Both the position numbers and the translations under genes were made by a program. Positions 36,967 through 49,552 of a stretch of DNA of 64,000 nucleotides are shown in pieces. The notes below the pieces were generated by a model. The model saw only the letters and a list, made by a program, of their open reading frames with translations. It made no database searches and was not told the origin of the DNA. Numbering within the stretch: position 1 is the stretch's first letter; each line of letters opens with the position of its first letter. The stretch is from Mustelus asterias (Eukaryota), in the NCBI RefSeq assembly GCF_964213995.1, contig NW_027590172.1, positions 1 to 64,000 on the forward strand, written 5' to 3'.

Positions 36967-38819
36967 TTCCAGAGGTTGGATTCTGCTGTTACTGTTTCTG
37001 CTCTCAATTACACCCAGGACTGCATTTTGTTCATTCTCACAGTTGGTCAATGGGGAGGGTCGGAGGGTTTCTTTCTGTTGGACTGGTCGGTCTCACAACT
37101 TTGCCTCCAGTGGGCTGATGCTCCTTGAGTCTTGTTGCGAATACCTGGTTTCAAATTTCACACAGATCACAGAGTGACAGGGTGTGAGGAAGTTCAGAGA
37201 TATTTAGGCAGCATTTCTGTTTGAAACCCCCTAAACGTCCATCCAATTTCCTTTGTAATTGTTTATTGTCTCCACTTCCTCCACCCTCGTAGGCAGCGAG
37301 TTCCAGGTCATTACCATTCGCTGCATCAAAATATTCTTCCTCACATCACCCCCCCCCCTCAACTGCATCTCTGATCCAAAACCTTAAATCTGTCTCCCCC
37401 TCATCCTTGTCCCATCAGCTAATGGGAACAGCTTTTCTTTGTCCACCTTATCTAAACCTGTCAGAATCTTGTCCACCTCTATCAAATCTCCCCTCAACCT
37501 CCTTTGCTCCAAGGGGAACAACCCCAGCCTGACATTGACAATAAAGAACAAACTAACAGAATATGTTACTACCTGAAATCAAATGGGAATGTTTAATTTC
37601 TGTTTTAAAAATATTGTGAATATATTGTCCTGGACAATAAAGGAATTGGAATAACTCACCTTGGGTGTGGTTGAATGGAATATATCAATCTGGTATCCAT
37701 CTACATTCTCCCTCTCTAACAGCACTGTGGGTGTACTTACACCTCAGGCATTGAAGCAGTTCAGGAAGGCAGTGTTGGGGTTGACAATGGCCGAGGCAGC
37801 TACATACAGCCACATATTCTGTTATAATTGAAGGACAGCAGATTGAATGTGAGGCATAATGGGACTGGACTATCTTGACCACATTCCTGTAACTTCTCAG
37901 TTTCTGCAATCATGGACCATTAAAGCTGCTTAGCAGGGCCCCAACAGAGGACCTGGTGAGAATATTGACTCAGAATGAGTTAGAATTAAACTTATTCCAG
38001 GACCGGCTGGTGTTCAGCGGCTGAGAGACCTGAATCTGTAAAAAAGGGGTCCGACCAATCAACAAACAGTGGTAGGTAGTTGGTTAAGAAGTTAAAAAGC
38101 GTTCTGAGGCATTGCTTAACCTATCGTCAATTTGTGATAAGAACTGTGAGGGACTTGTGACCCGATATTTGGTGAAGTGATGGTATTCTCCAAGTCGCAC
38201 TGGTCTGAAAAGCAGATCTCTGAGAGTAGATTCTAACAGTTATAATCCTATCCACGCATGGCCAGTGAAAAACCAGAGCTCGAGTGGGGACCGGACAGGT
38301 CTCTTACCGGCCATTTGGAAACTAAGAACAAGAAGCTTATCGATAAAATGATTAGAGAATAGAAACAACGTTTCGATTCTGGATGACACTTTGTAAGAAG
38401 CTCATCCAGACTCAAAACATTGGCTCTATTCTCTCTCCAAAGATGCTGTCAGACCTGCTGAGATCTTCCAGCATTTTCTGTTTTCGTTTCAGATTCCAGC
38501 ATCCGCAGTATTTTACTTTTATGATAATTTGATTAGTTCTGATTGGAATCCCCACGACCCTCCCGCAAAACAGAGGGAGTGGTGGCAAAGGGAGAAAAAA
38601 TAAGGATGATAAAGTCTGGGTTCTGATTCTCGAGCCCATGTAGAATTAACAAAATGAGTGAACCAGTTTATAAAGAACAGAAGTTAATCATCCCTCACAA
38701 TAACTGATCAAATTAAAATAATTAGGTTGATGAATAGAACAAAAAAATTAATGGATGCAGTTTAACATCAAGTTTGTTTTGTTCTTAGGGAAGTTTTTTA
38801 AACTTGTAAGAAGGGACTC

Positions 38820-41278
38820 GCATACTGTTAAAGGTTTAGACGGGGTAGAGTTTGTAAAATGTGTTCAGGAGAATTTTCTGCATCAGTATATAGAGGTGCC
38901 AACTAGAGAGGATGCGATATTGGATCTCCTATTGGGAAATGAGTTAGAGCAGGTGATGGATGTGAGTGTGAGGGAACACTTTGGATCCAGTGATCATAAT
39001 GCCATTAGTTTCAACCTGATCGTGGATAAGGATAGATCTGGTCCTCGGGTTGAAGCTCTGAACTGGAAAAAGGCCAAATTTGATAAATGAGAAGGGATCT
39101 GGGAAGTGTGGATTGGCACAGGCTGTTCTCTGGTAAGGATGTAAATGGAAAGTGGGAGACCTTCAAAGGAGAAATTTTGAGAGTGCAGAGTTTGTATGTT
39201 CCTGTCAGGATTAAAGGCAAAGTAAATAGGAATAAGGAACCTTGGTTCTCGAGGGAGATTGTAACACTGATTAAGAGGAAGAGAGAGTTGTATGAAATGT
39301 ACAGGCAGCAAGGAACACATCAGATGCTCGAGGAGTATAAAAAGTGCAAGAAGCTACTTAAGAGGGAAATCAGGAGGGCTAAAAGAAGACATGAGGTTGC
39401 TTTGGCAGACAGAGTGAAGGAAATCCAAAGAGCTTCTATAGGTATGTTAGGAGCAAAAGGATAGGGATAAAATTGGTCCTCTTGAAGACCAGAGTGGTAG
39501 ACTGTGTATGGAACCAAAAGAGATGGGGGAGATACTAAATGGTTTTTTTGCATCCGTATTTACTGAGGAAACGGACATGTAGTCTACGGAAATAGGGCAA
39601 ACTGGTAGGGAGGTCATGGAACCTTTAACAGATTAAAGGGGAGGAAGTGCTTGCTGTCTTGAGGCAAATCAGAGTGGATAAATCCCCAGGACCGGTCAGG
39701 GTATTCCCACGGACCTTGAGGGAAGCTAGTGTTGAACTTGCAGGGGCCCTGGCAGACATATTTAAAATGTCAGTATTCACGGGGGAGGTGCCGGATGATT
39801 GGAGGGTGGCTCATGTTGTTCCGTTGTTTAAAAAAGGTTCCAAAAGAAATCCGGGAAATTATAGGCCAGTAGGTTTGACGTCGGTGGGCAAATTATTGGA
39901 AGGTGTGATAAGGGATAGGATCTACAAATATTTGGATAGACAGGGACTTATTAGGGAGAGTCAACATGGCTTTGTGCGTGGTAGGTCATGTTTGACCAAT
40001 CTATTAGAGTTTTTCGAGGAGGTTACCAGGAAAGTGGATGAAGGGAAGGCGGTGGATGTTGTCTACCTGGATTTCAGCAAGGCCTTTGACAAGGTCCCTC
40101 ATGGGAGGTTAGTTAGGAAGGTTCAGTCGCGTGGTATACATGGGGAGGTAGTAAATTGGATTAGACACTGGCTCAATGGAAGAACGTGATGTGGAGATGC
40201 CGGCTCAATGGAAGAAGCCAGAGAGTGGTTGTGGAGAATTGCTTCTCTGAGTGGAGGCCTGTGACTAGTGGTGTGCCGCAGGGATCGGTGTTGGGTCCAT
40301 TGTTGTTTGTCATCTATATCAATGATCTGGATGATAATGTGGTAAATTGGATCAGCAAGTTTGCTGATGATACAAAGATTGGAGGTGTAGTGGACAGTGA
40401 GGAAGGTTTTCAAAGCTTGCAGAGGGATTTGGACCAACTAGAAAAATGGGCTGAAAAATGGCAAATGGAATTTAACGCAGACAAGTGTGAGATATTGCAC
40501 ATTGGAAGGACAAACCAAAGTAGAACGTACAGGGTAAGTGGTAGGACTCTGAAGAGTGCAGTTGAACAGAGGGATCTGGGAATACAGGTACAGAATTCCC
40601 TAAAAGTGACGTCAAGGGTGGATAGGGTCGTAAAGAGTGCCTTTGGTACATTGGCCTTTATAAATCGGAGTATCGAGTATAAAAGTTGGAGTGTTATGGT
40701 AAGGTTATACAAGGCATTGGTGCGGCCGAATTTGGAGTATTGTGTACAGTTTTGGTCACCTAGTTACAGGAAGGATGTAAAGAAGGTTGAAAGAGTGCAG
40801 AGAAGGTTCACAAGGATGTTGCCGGGACTTGAGAAGCTGAGTTACAGAAAGAGATTGAATGGGTTGGGACTTTATTCCCTGGAGCGTAGAAGATTGAGGG
40901 GAGATTTGATAGAGGTGTATAAGATTTTGACGGGTATAGATAGAGTGAATGCAAGCAGGCTTTTTCCGCTGAGGCTCGGGGAGAAAAAAACCAGAGGGCA
41001 TGGGTTAAGGGTGAAAGAAAAGTTTAAAGGGAATATTAGGGGGGGGCTTCTTCCCGCAGAGAGTGGTGGCAGTGTGGAATGAGCTGCCGGATAAAGTGGT
41101 AAATTTAACATTTAACTTTTAACATTCAAGAAAAACTTGGACGGGCTCATGGATGAGAGGGGTGTGGAGGGATATGGTCCAAGTGCAGGTCAGTGGGACT
41201 AGGCAAAAAATGGTTCGGCACAGACAAGAAGGGCCAAAAGGCCTGTTTCTGAGCTGTAATTTTCTATGGTTCTATGGT
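38820..41278 (+). mobile_element. CR1/HER1 LINE ORF2 (EN C-terminus plus RT), frameshifted
   Basis: HFGSSDHN, QHGFVRGRSCLTNL, VYLDFSKAFDKV, SGVPQGSVLGP and KFADDTK motifs; tail TTCTATGGTTCTATG. Confidence 0.92.
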
Positions 41279-41399
41279 TGTGTAAAGTGATGTAATTGTG
41301 TGCCAAGTTTTTGCTGCTCACTCTCCACCCCTTTCGGTTCTGTAGAAAAGTTAACCCTTTCAGCAGACAGTTCATTTGTTTTTAAATCACCCGAAAACT

Positions 41400-41860
41400 C
41401 GTGTCTATTTTAGTTCATAATTGAAGATTTATGGGAATTGGCTAAGATGGGCTTTCAGCATTTTTAAAGTATAAAAAAGTGGTCTTGAGAAGCCAACTTG
41501 GTAGAGAGAGGTGGAGGGAGATATGTTTACAGAGAGGTGTGGAGAGCTGTTGGTTTTACAAGTTATCCACGTTTTCGGAGCCGTCACGTCATGTCCTGGT
41601 CTGAGGGATGGAGAGAAGTCTGTTCAATTGTTAAAGTTAAACTTTCTCTATTAACTGTTAATCGACACTTTGCTTTTTATCTTTCTGACTTGTTACATTT
41701 TTAATGGTTAACAAACTTTCTGATTTCACCATTTAAAGCTTGCTTTCTTTCTTGCCACATGGTTAAGTCACTGGAACCTGGTGTGATTTACGATTGGGGA
41801 GGTTATTGTAAACAAGAGAACCCTCATAAATCTTCATTCACATAAATCAAAGTTCTTACA
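41400..41860 (+). repeat. LTR-like interspersed repeat (related copy 63500-63970)
   Basis: Shared ACTTTG.TTTTTATCTTTCT..TTTTAATGGTTAA..TTCTGATTT.ACCA.TTAAA and TTGGGGA..TTATTG.AAACAA segments. Confidence 0.5.
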
Positions 41861-43629
41861 AATGGAATGTTATCCTTTATTACGAAAGAAATTGAACATA
41901 GAAGTAAAGATGTTCTGCTTCAGTTATACAGGGCATTGCTGAGACTGCATCTTGAACACTGGGTGTAGCTTTGTCTCCTATTTAAGAAATGATACAAATG
42001 CATTGAAAGTGGTTCAGAGGAGGTTTAATAGATTGCTTCCCAATTCTTGACCCTCACGGGATGAATTTTGTCTGATTTTCTTTGTTTTCAGCTCTGATAA
42101 AGGGTCATCCTGACTCCAAATGTTGCCTCCATTCTCTCTTTACAGATGCTGTCAGACTTGCTGAGATTGTCCAGCATTTCCTGTGTCTGTTTCAGATTCC
42201 AGCAACAGCAGAATTTTGCCTTCATACCAATTCTTTTGGATAAGGACATCAAAAGTATTGGGTGTAGAACGAGAATGTGGAACTCAACACAAAAAGATCA
42301 GCCATGATCTAAATAAATGGTGGAGCAGACTCAAAGGGCCAAATGGCTACTTCTGCTCTGATGTTGAATGTTGGTCACAAATTCCTGAGATTTGTGTAAC
42401 AAGGCTGGAAGATTCGCCTTGCTTGTGTTAGTGGGAAAATGTCCAGGAGAACCATCACTGTGAAGGACAGTTCTGGGATTAAAGGTTGCCAGACTGGAAA
42501 AGGAAATAAACACTCGGGGAGTGAAGAATCACTTTGGACTGGTTTTTGGAAAATTTTGGAGACAGAGTAAAATATAACCGTTGAGTGGGATATTTGATTG
42601 TGTTAAGAGTAAAAGGGCAAAGTTCAATTTTACAGTTTAAGGGCAATGTTCCCTACAAAGAACAGTATTTAGTCATTGTTGCTTCCAGTTTGTTGGAATA
42701 AATGTCAAAAAACTTGAAGTTTTGTCATGTGACTCTTTAATTTATTCACTGGGTTTAAATTCACTTTTTAAATTATTGAATGTCACAGAAATTCTAACAG
42801 TTCATTTAAAGCCACAAGTTTCGATTCCCATTTGAGCCTGGGGTACCTTTCTGTCTCTCTATTGCTCGTGTTAATGACAGCCAGGCGACGGAGCTGAGGG
42901 CTGAATTTAGCTGAGAATAATGGGGCCTACGCCCCAGTTGGGAAACTGCCATGGGTGTCGCACTAATAGAGAGACAGGAAGGTGCTGGAGGACTGAGTGG
43001 GAAATGGGCCTCCAACCAATTGTTATATCGGTCACTCAGAGCTAAAGAGAAACCCGTCTCTTTAAATACATAAACAGGGAAGAGGCTGCAATGAAATCTG
43101 CCCTTCTAACCTGCACAGAAGCAGGAGGCTGAGATTGACAGGCTGCAGGAGGAGTCCATTCAGCCCATTGTGCCTCTGCTATCTCTTTGAAAGGACTCTG
43201 ATTCATCCAACTGCTCTGTTCTTTCCCCACAGCCTGCAAATTCTTCCCTTTCAAGTCTTTAACGTTTGGAAAGATTCTATTGAATCTGCTTTCAGGCAGA
43301 TCAGAACACCTCGCTGTGTCAAAAATATAAAATATAATCTCATCTCCCCCTCTGGCTCCTTTGCCAATTACCTTAGAGGGATCACTTTCTGTTAAAGAGC
43401 CTGCCAACCCCTCTCACCCACTTTCCCTAAAGTGCATCAATATAATCAGAAAAAAATCCAGAAAAATCAAATATTTTTACTGATAAAAGTTTATTAATGA
43501 AACAGAACATGGTTAAAACAAACAGAAAATGACTTGAGGATCAAAGACAACCAGAGTAAAAGGATGTTCACAATGTTCTGGACACAAATGGTTTCTCTTT
43601 AATTCATCTGTAGCCTGTTCCCTGCCCTC

Positions 43630-44250
43630 TTTGTGGAACACCTCCGCTCAGTCCACAAGCATCACCCTGACCTTCCACTTGCTTGCCATTAGAATTCATC
43701 ACCTTGCTCTCACACTCACATTTCTGTCCTCGGCCTGCTGCAATGTTCCGGAGAAGCCCAACACAAGCTGGACAAACAGCCCCTCATCTTCCGATGAGGC
43801 ACTTTACAGCCTTCTGGACTCAACATCGAATTCAACAACTTCACACCCTGAACTCTCTCCTCCATTTTGATGGGTTTTTTTGCTGAGTGCCAGTCTGTAT
43901 CTTGTTTTCATGTTTTTTTGCTTCCAGACAGAGCTGTCATTTATTCTGCCATTAACACTTACTCTGGACCAATGATTTGTTTCTTTACCACAACCATTAC
44001 CTCTCCCTTTGCCTTTTGTTCCAGCATATTTTTGTCATTTAATCTCACCCACCCTCTAACCAATCCCTGACTTTCCCTTTTGTTCTACCTGCCCCTCCCC
44101 TCTTTCTCACCAGCATCAAACCCATCACATTTCTCCCTCGCTTTCGTTCTCAAGTAGAGTTACATTGGACATAAAAGGTTATCTCTGTTTCTCTCTCCAG
44201 AGATGCTACCAGACTGGCTGTGATTTTCTAGTTTTTTCTGTATTTATTTT
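43630..44250 (+). mobile_element. Old Penelope-like fragment (GIY-YIG C-terminus and 3' repeat)
   Basis: EHLRSVHKHHPDLPLACH..LIFR*GTLQPSGLNIEFNNF. Confidence 0.7.
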
Positions 44251-44516
44251 AGATTGACCAGTAGTCGTAGGAAAAAACACTATTTATGATCAAGGGTAAA
44301 ATAAATGTCCTTCATTAGTTTTGTGGATCATTTCAGTGGAAATGTGCTCTCCCAGGTTCAAAGAGCATCAGCCCACTGGAGGCAAAGTTGTGAGACCGGC
44401 CAGTCCAGCAGAAAGAAACCCTCCGACCCTCCCACTTCACCAACTGTCAGAATGAACATGGTTCAGTCCTGGATGTGACTAACAGCAGCAATAACAGCAG
44501 AATCCAACCCCTGTCA

Positions 44517-45527
44517 TCACTTGTGAACTCGCTGGTGTCTCTGTAGGTGGGATAACTGAGTGAATGCATTCCCACACACACAGCAGGTGAATGGCCTCTC
44601 CCCTGTGTGAACTCGCTGGTGTACCCGCAGTGTAAACGATGTTTTAAATCTCTTTGAGCAGTGAGAGCAGCTGAACGGTCTCTCCTCAGTGTGAATGCGC
44701 TGGTGGGACACCAGTTCTCCAGAGCTTTCGAAGCCACTTCCACAGTCAGAACATTTAAAGGATCTATCCTGCGTGTGAGTGACATTGTGTCTCAGCAGGC
44801 TGGATAACTGAATGTATCCCTTCCCACACCCGGAGCAGGTGAATGGCCTCTCCCCGGTGTGAACTGCCTGGTGTTTCCGCAGGTTGTATGACATTCTAAA
44901 TCTCTTTGTGCAGACAGAGCAGCTGAACGGTCTCTCCTCAGTGTGAATGCGCTGGTGGATTATCAGTTCCCGAGAGCTTTTGAAGCCACTCCCACAGTCA
45001 GAACATTTAAAGGGTCTCACATTGGTGTGAGTGAACTTGTGTCTCAGCAGGTGGGATGAATGAATGAATCCCTTCCCACACACAGAGCAGGTGAACGGTT
45101 TCTCCCCGGTGTGAACTCGCTGGTGCGTTAGCAGGTCGGATGAATTTCTAAACCTCTTTGTGCAGTGAGAGCAGCTGAACGGTCTCTCCTCAGTGTGACT
45201 GCGCTGGTGGGACTTCAGATCTCCAGCGAGTTTGAAGCTGTTCCCACAGTTGGAGCATTTAAAGGGTCTCTCCTGGGTGTGAGTGACTTTGTGTGCACAT
45301 AGGCTGGATAAATGAGCGAATCCCTTCCCACAGTCAGAGCACCTGAATGGCCTCTCCCCTGTGTGAACTCGTTGGTGTCTCTGCAGATTAGGTAAGTGAG
45401 TGAATCGCTTCCCACACACAAAGCAGGTGAATGGCCTCTCCCCAGTGTGACTGCGTTGATGAATTTCCAGCTGAGATGGGGATATGAATCCCTTCCCACA
45501 GTCTCCACATTTCCACGGTTTCTCCAT
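44517..45527 (-). CDS. C2H2 zinc-finger protein, 12 fingers
   Basis: Intact ORF from Kozak CACCATGG at 45527; acceptor about 45869; leader exon 46037-46102. Confidence 0.9.
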   Translation of the reverse strand: MEKPWKCGDCGKGFISPSQLEIHQRSHTGERPFTCFVCGKRFTHLPNLQRHQRVHTGERPFRCSDCGKGFAHLSSLCAHKVTHTQERPFKCSNCGNSFKLAGDLKSHQRSHTEERPFSCSHCTKRFRNSSDLLTHQRVHTGEKPFTCSVCGKGFIHSSHLLRHKFTHTNVRPFKCSDCGSGFKSSRELIIHQRIHTEERPFSCSVCTKRFRMSYNLRKHQAVHTGERPFTCSGCGKGYIQLSSLLRHNVTHTQDRSFKCSDCGSGFESSGELVSHQRIHTEERPFSCSHCSKRFKTSFTLRVHQRVHTGERPFTCCVCGNAFTQLSHLQRHQRVHK

Positions 45528-46607
45528 GGTGCTGATGTCCTTGTAACTCTCCAGGTTCAACAATCAGTTGAATCTCACACAGAACACATGTTCAGTCTCT
45601 ACCCGCTGTGAATGCTGCAATGTATTTTCAGGCTGTGTAACTGGTTAAAGCTCTTTCCACAGTCATTACACTGGAATGCGCTCACTTGGGTGTGGGCATG
45701 TTTCAGTGCTTTTCCACTCTCACTCATGCTTAAAATCTTTTGAAGATGACAGAACAGAGATTCAAAGGTAGATGATATTCAGGTTCTATCAAATTGAGTG
45801 ACTTTGTCAGTTCTTGACATGACGTTTGGCTTGAGATTTTTGACTGTAAATCCTCACCTCTTGATAGCCTGTAATATAAATTTACAACAGACATCACAGT
45901 TAGTATAAGATAGAAATTCAGAACACATCATTTTAGTTTCTATAACGCATTCTTTCCTCGCTTATTCCCCAAAAGCTGTAAATCTCCATCCCACACACTC
46001 TCCCTCCATTCTCACTCTGCTGTATCTAATATTCACCCTCCCAATTCTCCTGAAGGTGCTGATTGAGGCTGATTGACAGATCCATGCTCACTGCTTCCTG
46101 CCCTGGACACAGAGAGCTGAAAATCTCCATGCAGGCTGCCAGACAGATATATGTCTAAACGACTGAACCAAAAATGTATAGAATATACAGACTGGATTCA
46201 CTTCCTTACCCTTCAGTTTCTGCAAATCAGCAATTTCCCCCAGAATGAGAAAAGAAATGGAAAGGGAGAAACACAGAGGAGGAAGTTTCACTCTGAAGCT
46301 CATTGGCCAACTTCCGCATTGTGACACCACGATCGAGCCCTGCCTGAATCAGCCAATAGGAATCACTCTGCTCCGCGGTGACGTCTCTGGGTTCCAGTGC
46401 GCAGGCCCGGGCGCGCGGACCCGGGAGCCCCGCCCCCACCCATTGTTCCCCTCCCCGACTCCTCCTCGAGCCAAGGTTTCCAGGCAACCGGCTGGCGGCT
46501 CCGGCCACAGCGAGAAGCCGCTCGGTGATCTCCCCCTCCCCCCTCTCTCTACGGCGGCTGCTGCTCCAAAAAGAGATCGAGAGCGACCGCTGGCGGCAGC
46601 CGCACTG

Positions 46608-46797
46608 CGCCTGCTCCGGACAGCTCGGCTCAGCAGCGCTCTCTCCGCCTGCTCCGGACAGCTCGGCTCAGCAGCGCTCTCTGCGCCTGCTCCGGACAGC
46701 TCGGCTCAGCAGCGCTCTCTGCGCCTGCTCCGGACAGCTCGGCTCAGCAGCGCTCTCTGCGCCTGCTCCGGACAGCTCGGCTCAGCAGCGCTCTCTG
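46608..46797. repeat. 38-bp minisatellite, 5 units
   Basis: CGCCTGCTCCGGACAGCTCGGCTCAGCAGCGCTCTCTG starting at 46608, 46646, 46684, 46722 and 46760. Confidence 0.95.
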
Positions 46798-46917
46798 CGC
46801 CTGCGTGCTGGGCTGCCAGCTGAGGGAGTGGGGGAGGGGACTTTGCAAAATCTCTTCCCATCATTTTCTTCCAAGTCCCGCAGTTTGATTTGAAACAGAA
46901 CAGCTTCTGTTTGTAGC

Positions 46918-47326
46918 TTCACCACATACTCAAACTTCACACACAGACTCCAACTTCACACACAGACTCCAACTTCACACACAGACTCAAACTTCACACA
47001 CAGACTCCAACTTCACCACAGACTCAAACTTCACCACAGACTCAAACTTCACCACAGACTCAAACTTCACCACAGACTCAAACTTCACACAGACTCAAAC
47101 TTCACCACAGACTCAAACTTCACACACAGACTCCAACTTCACACACAGACTCAAACTTCACACACAGACTCAAACTTCACACAGACTCAAACTTCACACA
47201 CAGACTCAAACTTCACACACAGACTCAAACTTCACACACAGACTCAAACTTCACACAGACTCAAACTTCACACACAGACTCAAACTTCACACACAGACTC
47301 AAACTTCACACACAGACTCAAACTTC
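46918..47326. repeat. 17-19-bp minisatellite, about 22 units
   Basis: TTCAC(AC)ACAGACTCAAAC repeats. Confidence 0.95.
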
Positions 47327-47751
47327 ATCCTCTGGACAACATCTGTGAGGAAAACACTTTCTTTCTCCCCCTGGGAAATACAGAGACAGAGAAATTCTCT
47401 GGAACTGGAATTAGAGCCAAATATGCTGAGGGGGAAATGTTTGTGATTTTGTGGAACCTGTTTTTATTGTCTGAGTTTTTAAAGTGTAATTTATCTTGTC
47501 TATTCAAATACCGTTTCTCTCTTTGCATGATTTAGTGAAGCTGATTTTAGATAAATTTCTAAAGTAAAAGTTTTTTAAATGTGAAACGGTGTCCTTCAAT
47601 ATTCCATTGGACTTTTCTGGAAATATGTTTACTTTTTAGGTTAATAACGACAGACATATGTCTTCTGTTGATAGAAGGTACATCTCGGTATATTTTTGTT
47701 TCAGTAATAAGATTCATGTATTGTTAGTTTTATTCTTGTTATATAATATAA

Positions 47752-48075
47752 AATCACAGAATCCCTACAGTACAGAAGGATGCCATTCAGCCCATCGAGC
47801 CTGCACTGACAACAATCCCACCCAAGCCCTATCCCCGTCACCCCAAATATTTACCCTGCAAATGCCCCTGAAACTAGGGTCAATTTAGCATGGCCAATCA
47901 ACCTAACCCGTACATCTCTGGAGTGTGGGGGTAAACCGGAGCACACGGAGGAAACCCACGCAGACACGTGGAGAATGTGCAAACTCCACACAGACAGTGA
48001 CCCAAACCAGGAATCAAACCCGGGTCCCTGGAGCTGTGAGGCCACAGTGCTAACCACTGTGCTACCGTGCTGCCC
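47752..48075 (-). mobile_element. HE1-like SINE
   Basis: Family sequence; absent from the paralogous position at about 9850. Confidence 0.85.
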
Positions 48076-48761
48076 TGCATATGTAGCTTTGTTATACATT
48101 TCCAGTCAAAGTGACATTCCAGTTCAGAAGGAATCAATTTGAAATCTTGACTCCATGTCAACTGTTTTTTGGAGAAATTCACTCAGTCCCATTCACCCTC
48201 TCTATCCCCTTAACCCTGCATATTAACTTCCTCATTGTCCATTTGATCTTATTTTGAACGCATTCACCTTCACTTCCACCATCCTTACCGACCTCTTGCT
48301 GTCTAAATAAAGGTTTCTCAAATCCCCCTCCCACCACCTGTCTCATTAAGAAATGCTATACTGTCTACCACACATTTTTAGTCCAGTTATATGACCACAG
48401 AAATGAGACTTGTCCATCCTGAATTTCTATCCTGTACTGACAGTGATGATTTTTGTAAACCTCTTTGCAGAATAACAGAGGAGGAGGATTTACAGATTGA
48501 AATCTCAAAGCAAATATCAAGAATAATTGTTTGATTATTGGGACCAGAATATCATCGGCATTTGAATCCAGGAGAAATGTTTCTCTCTTCTATCTGCTTC
48601 ATAAGATTTTGAACATTGGTGTGACTGGAAAAGCAACGAGACACACGCAGATAGACATTATACAGCCTGAAAGAACATCACCGTTTACAAAGGAGAGACC
48701 GTACACAAAGTCTCTGTGTGGACAACTCAGCAACCTAGAGAGACACAAGGACACTCACACC

Positions 48762-49474
48762 ATGGAAAAACTGTGGAGACTGTGGAAAGTGATTCAGATT
48801 CCCATCGGAGCTGGAAATTCACACTGGGGAGGGACTGTTCACTTCCACTAAGTGTGCATAGGGATTTACTAATTCATCCGACTTAATGACACATCAGTGA
48901 GTTCACACAGGGGAGAGGCCGTTCACCTGCTTAGAGTGTGGGAAGGGGTGCTCTTGGTCCTCCAATTTCCGGATACACCAGCGAATTCACAGTGGGGAGA
49001 GGCCATTTACCTGCTCTGAGTGTGAAATGAGTTTCAGTCGGTTATCTCAGTTGCAGACGCACCAGCGAGTTCACACTGGGGAGAGGCCATTCACCTGCTC
49101 TGAGTGTGGAAAGGGATTCTCTCTCTCTTACAACGTACAGATACACGAGGGAGAGACCGTTCATCTGCTCTGAGTGGGAAAGCATTCGCTACTTCATCTG
49201 ACCTGCTGAGACACGAGCGAGTTCACACAGGGGAGAGGCCATTCAGCTGTCTCGAGTGTGAGATGAGATTTAATCGATTATCTCACTTGCAGACACACCA
49301 GCGAGTTCACAACAGGGAGAGGCTGTTCAACTGAGTGAGAAAGCAATCATTGATTCATCCAACCTTCTGACACACCAGTGTCTTCATGCTGGGGAGAGGC
49401 CATTCACTGGGTCTGTGCAGGATGGCATTCACTCAGTTATCCAATCTGTTCAGATACCAGCGAGTTCACAAGTG
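48762..49474 (+). pseudogene. C2H2 ZNF pseudogene, duplicate of the 10317 gene
   Basis: Colinear with 10317-11066 but with several deletions, frameshifts and stops. Confidence 0.85.
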
Positions 49475-49552
49475 ATTACAGGGACTGGATTCTGCTGTTA
49501 TTGCTGCTGTTATTCACATCCAGAACTGAACCATGTTCACTCTGACAGTTTT

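Larger units (their letters stand above)
46270..47345. promoter_or_regulatory. Putative bidirectional CpG promoter, duplicate of 8870-9480
   Basis: Colinear high identity with 8870-9480, plus two tandem-repeat expansions. Confidence 0.7.

Noticed and set aside
46245-46893. 171-192-aa GC-rich ORFs
   Set aside because: Arise from the CpG island and the 38-bp repeat.
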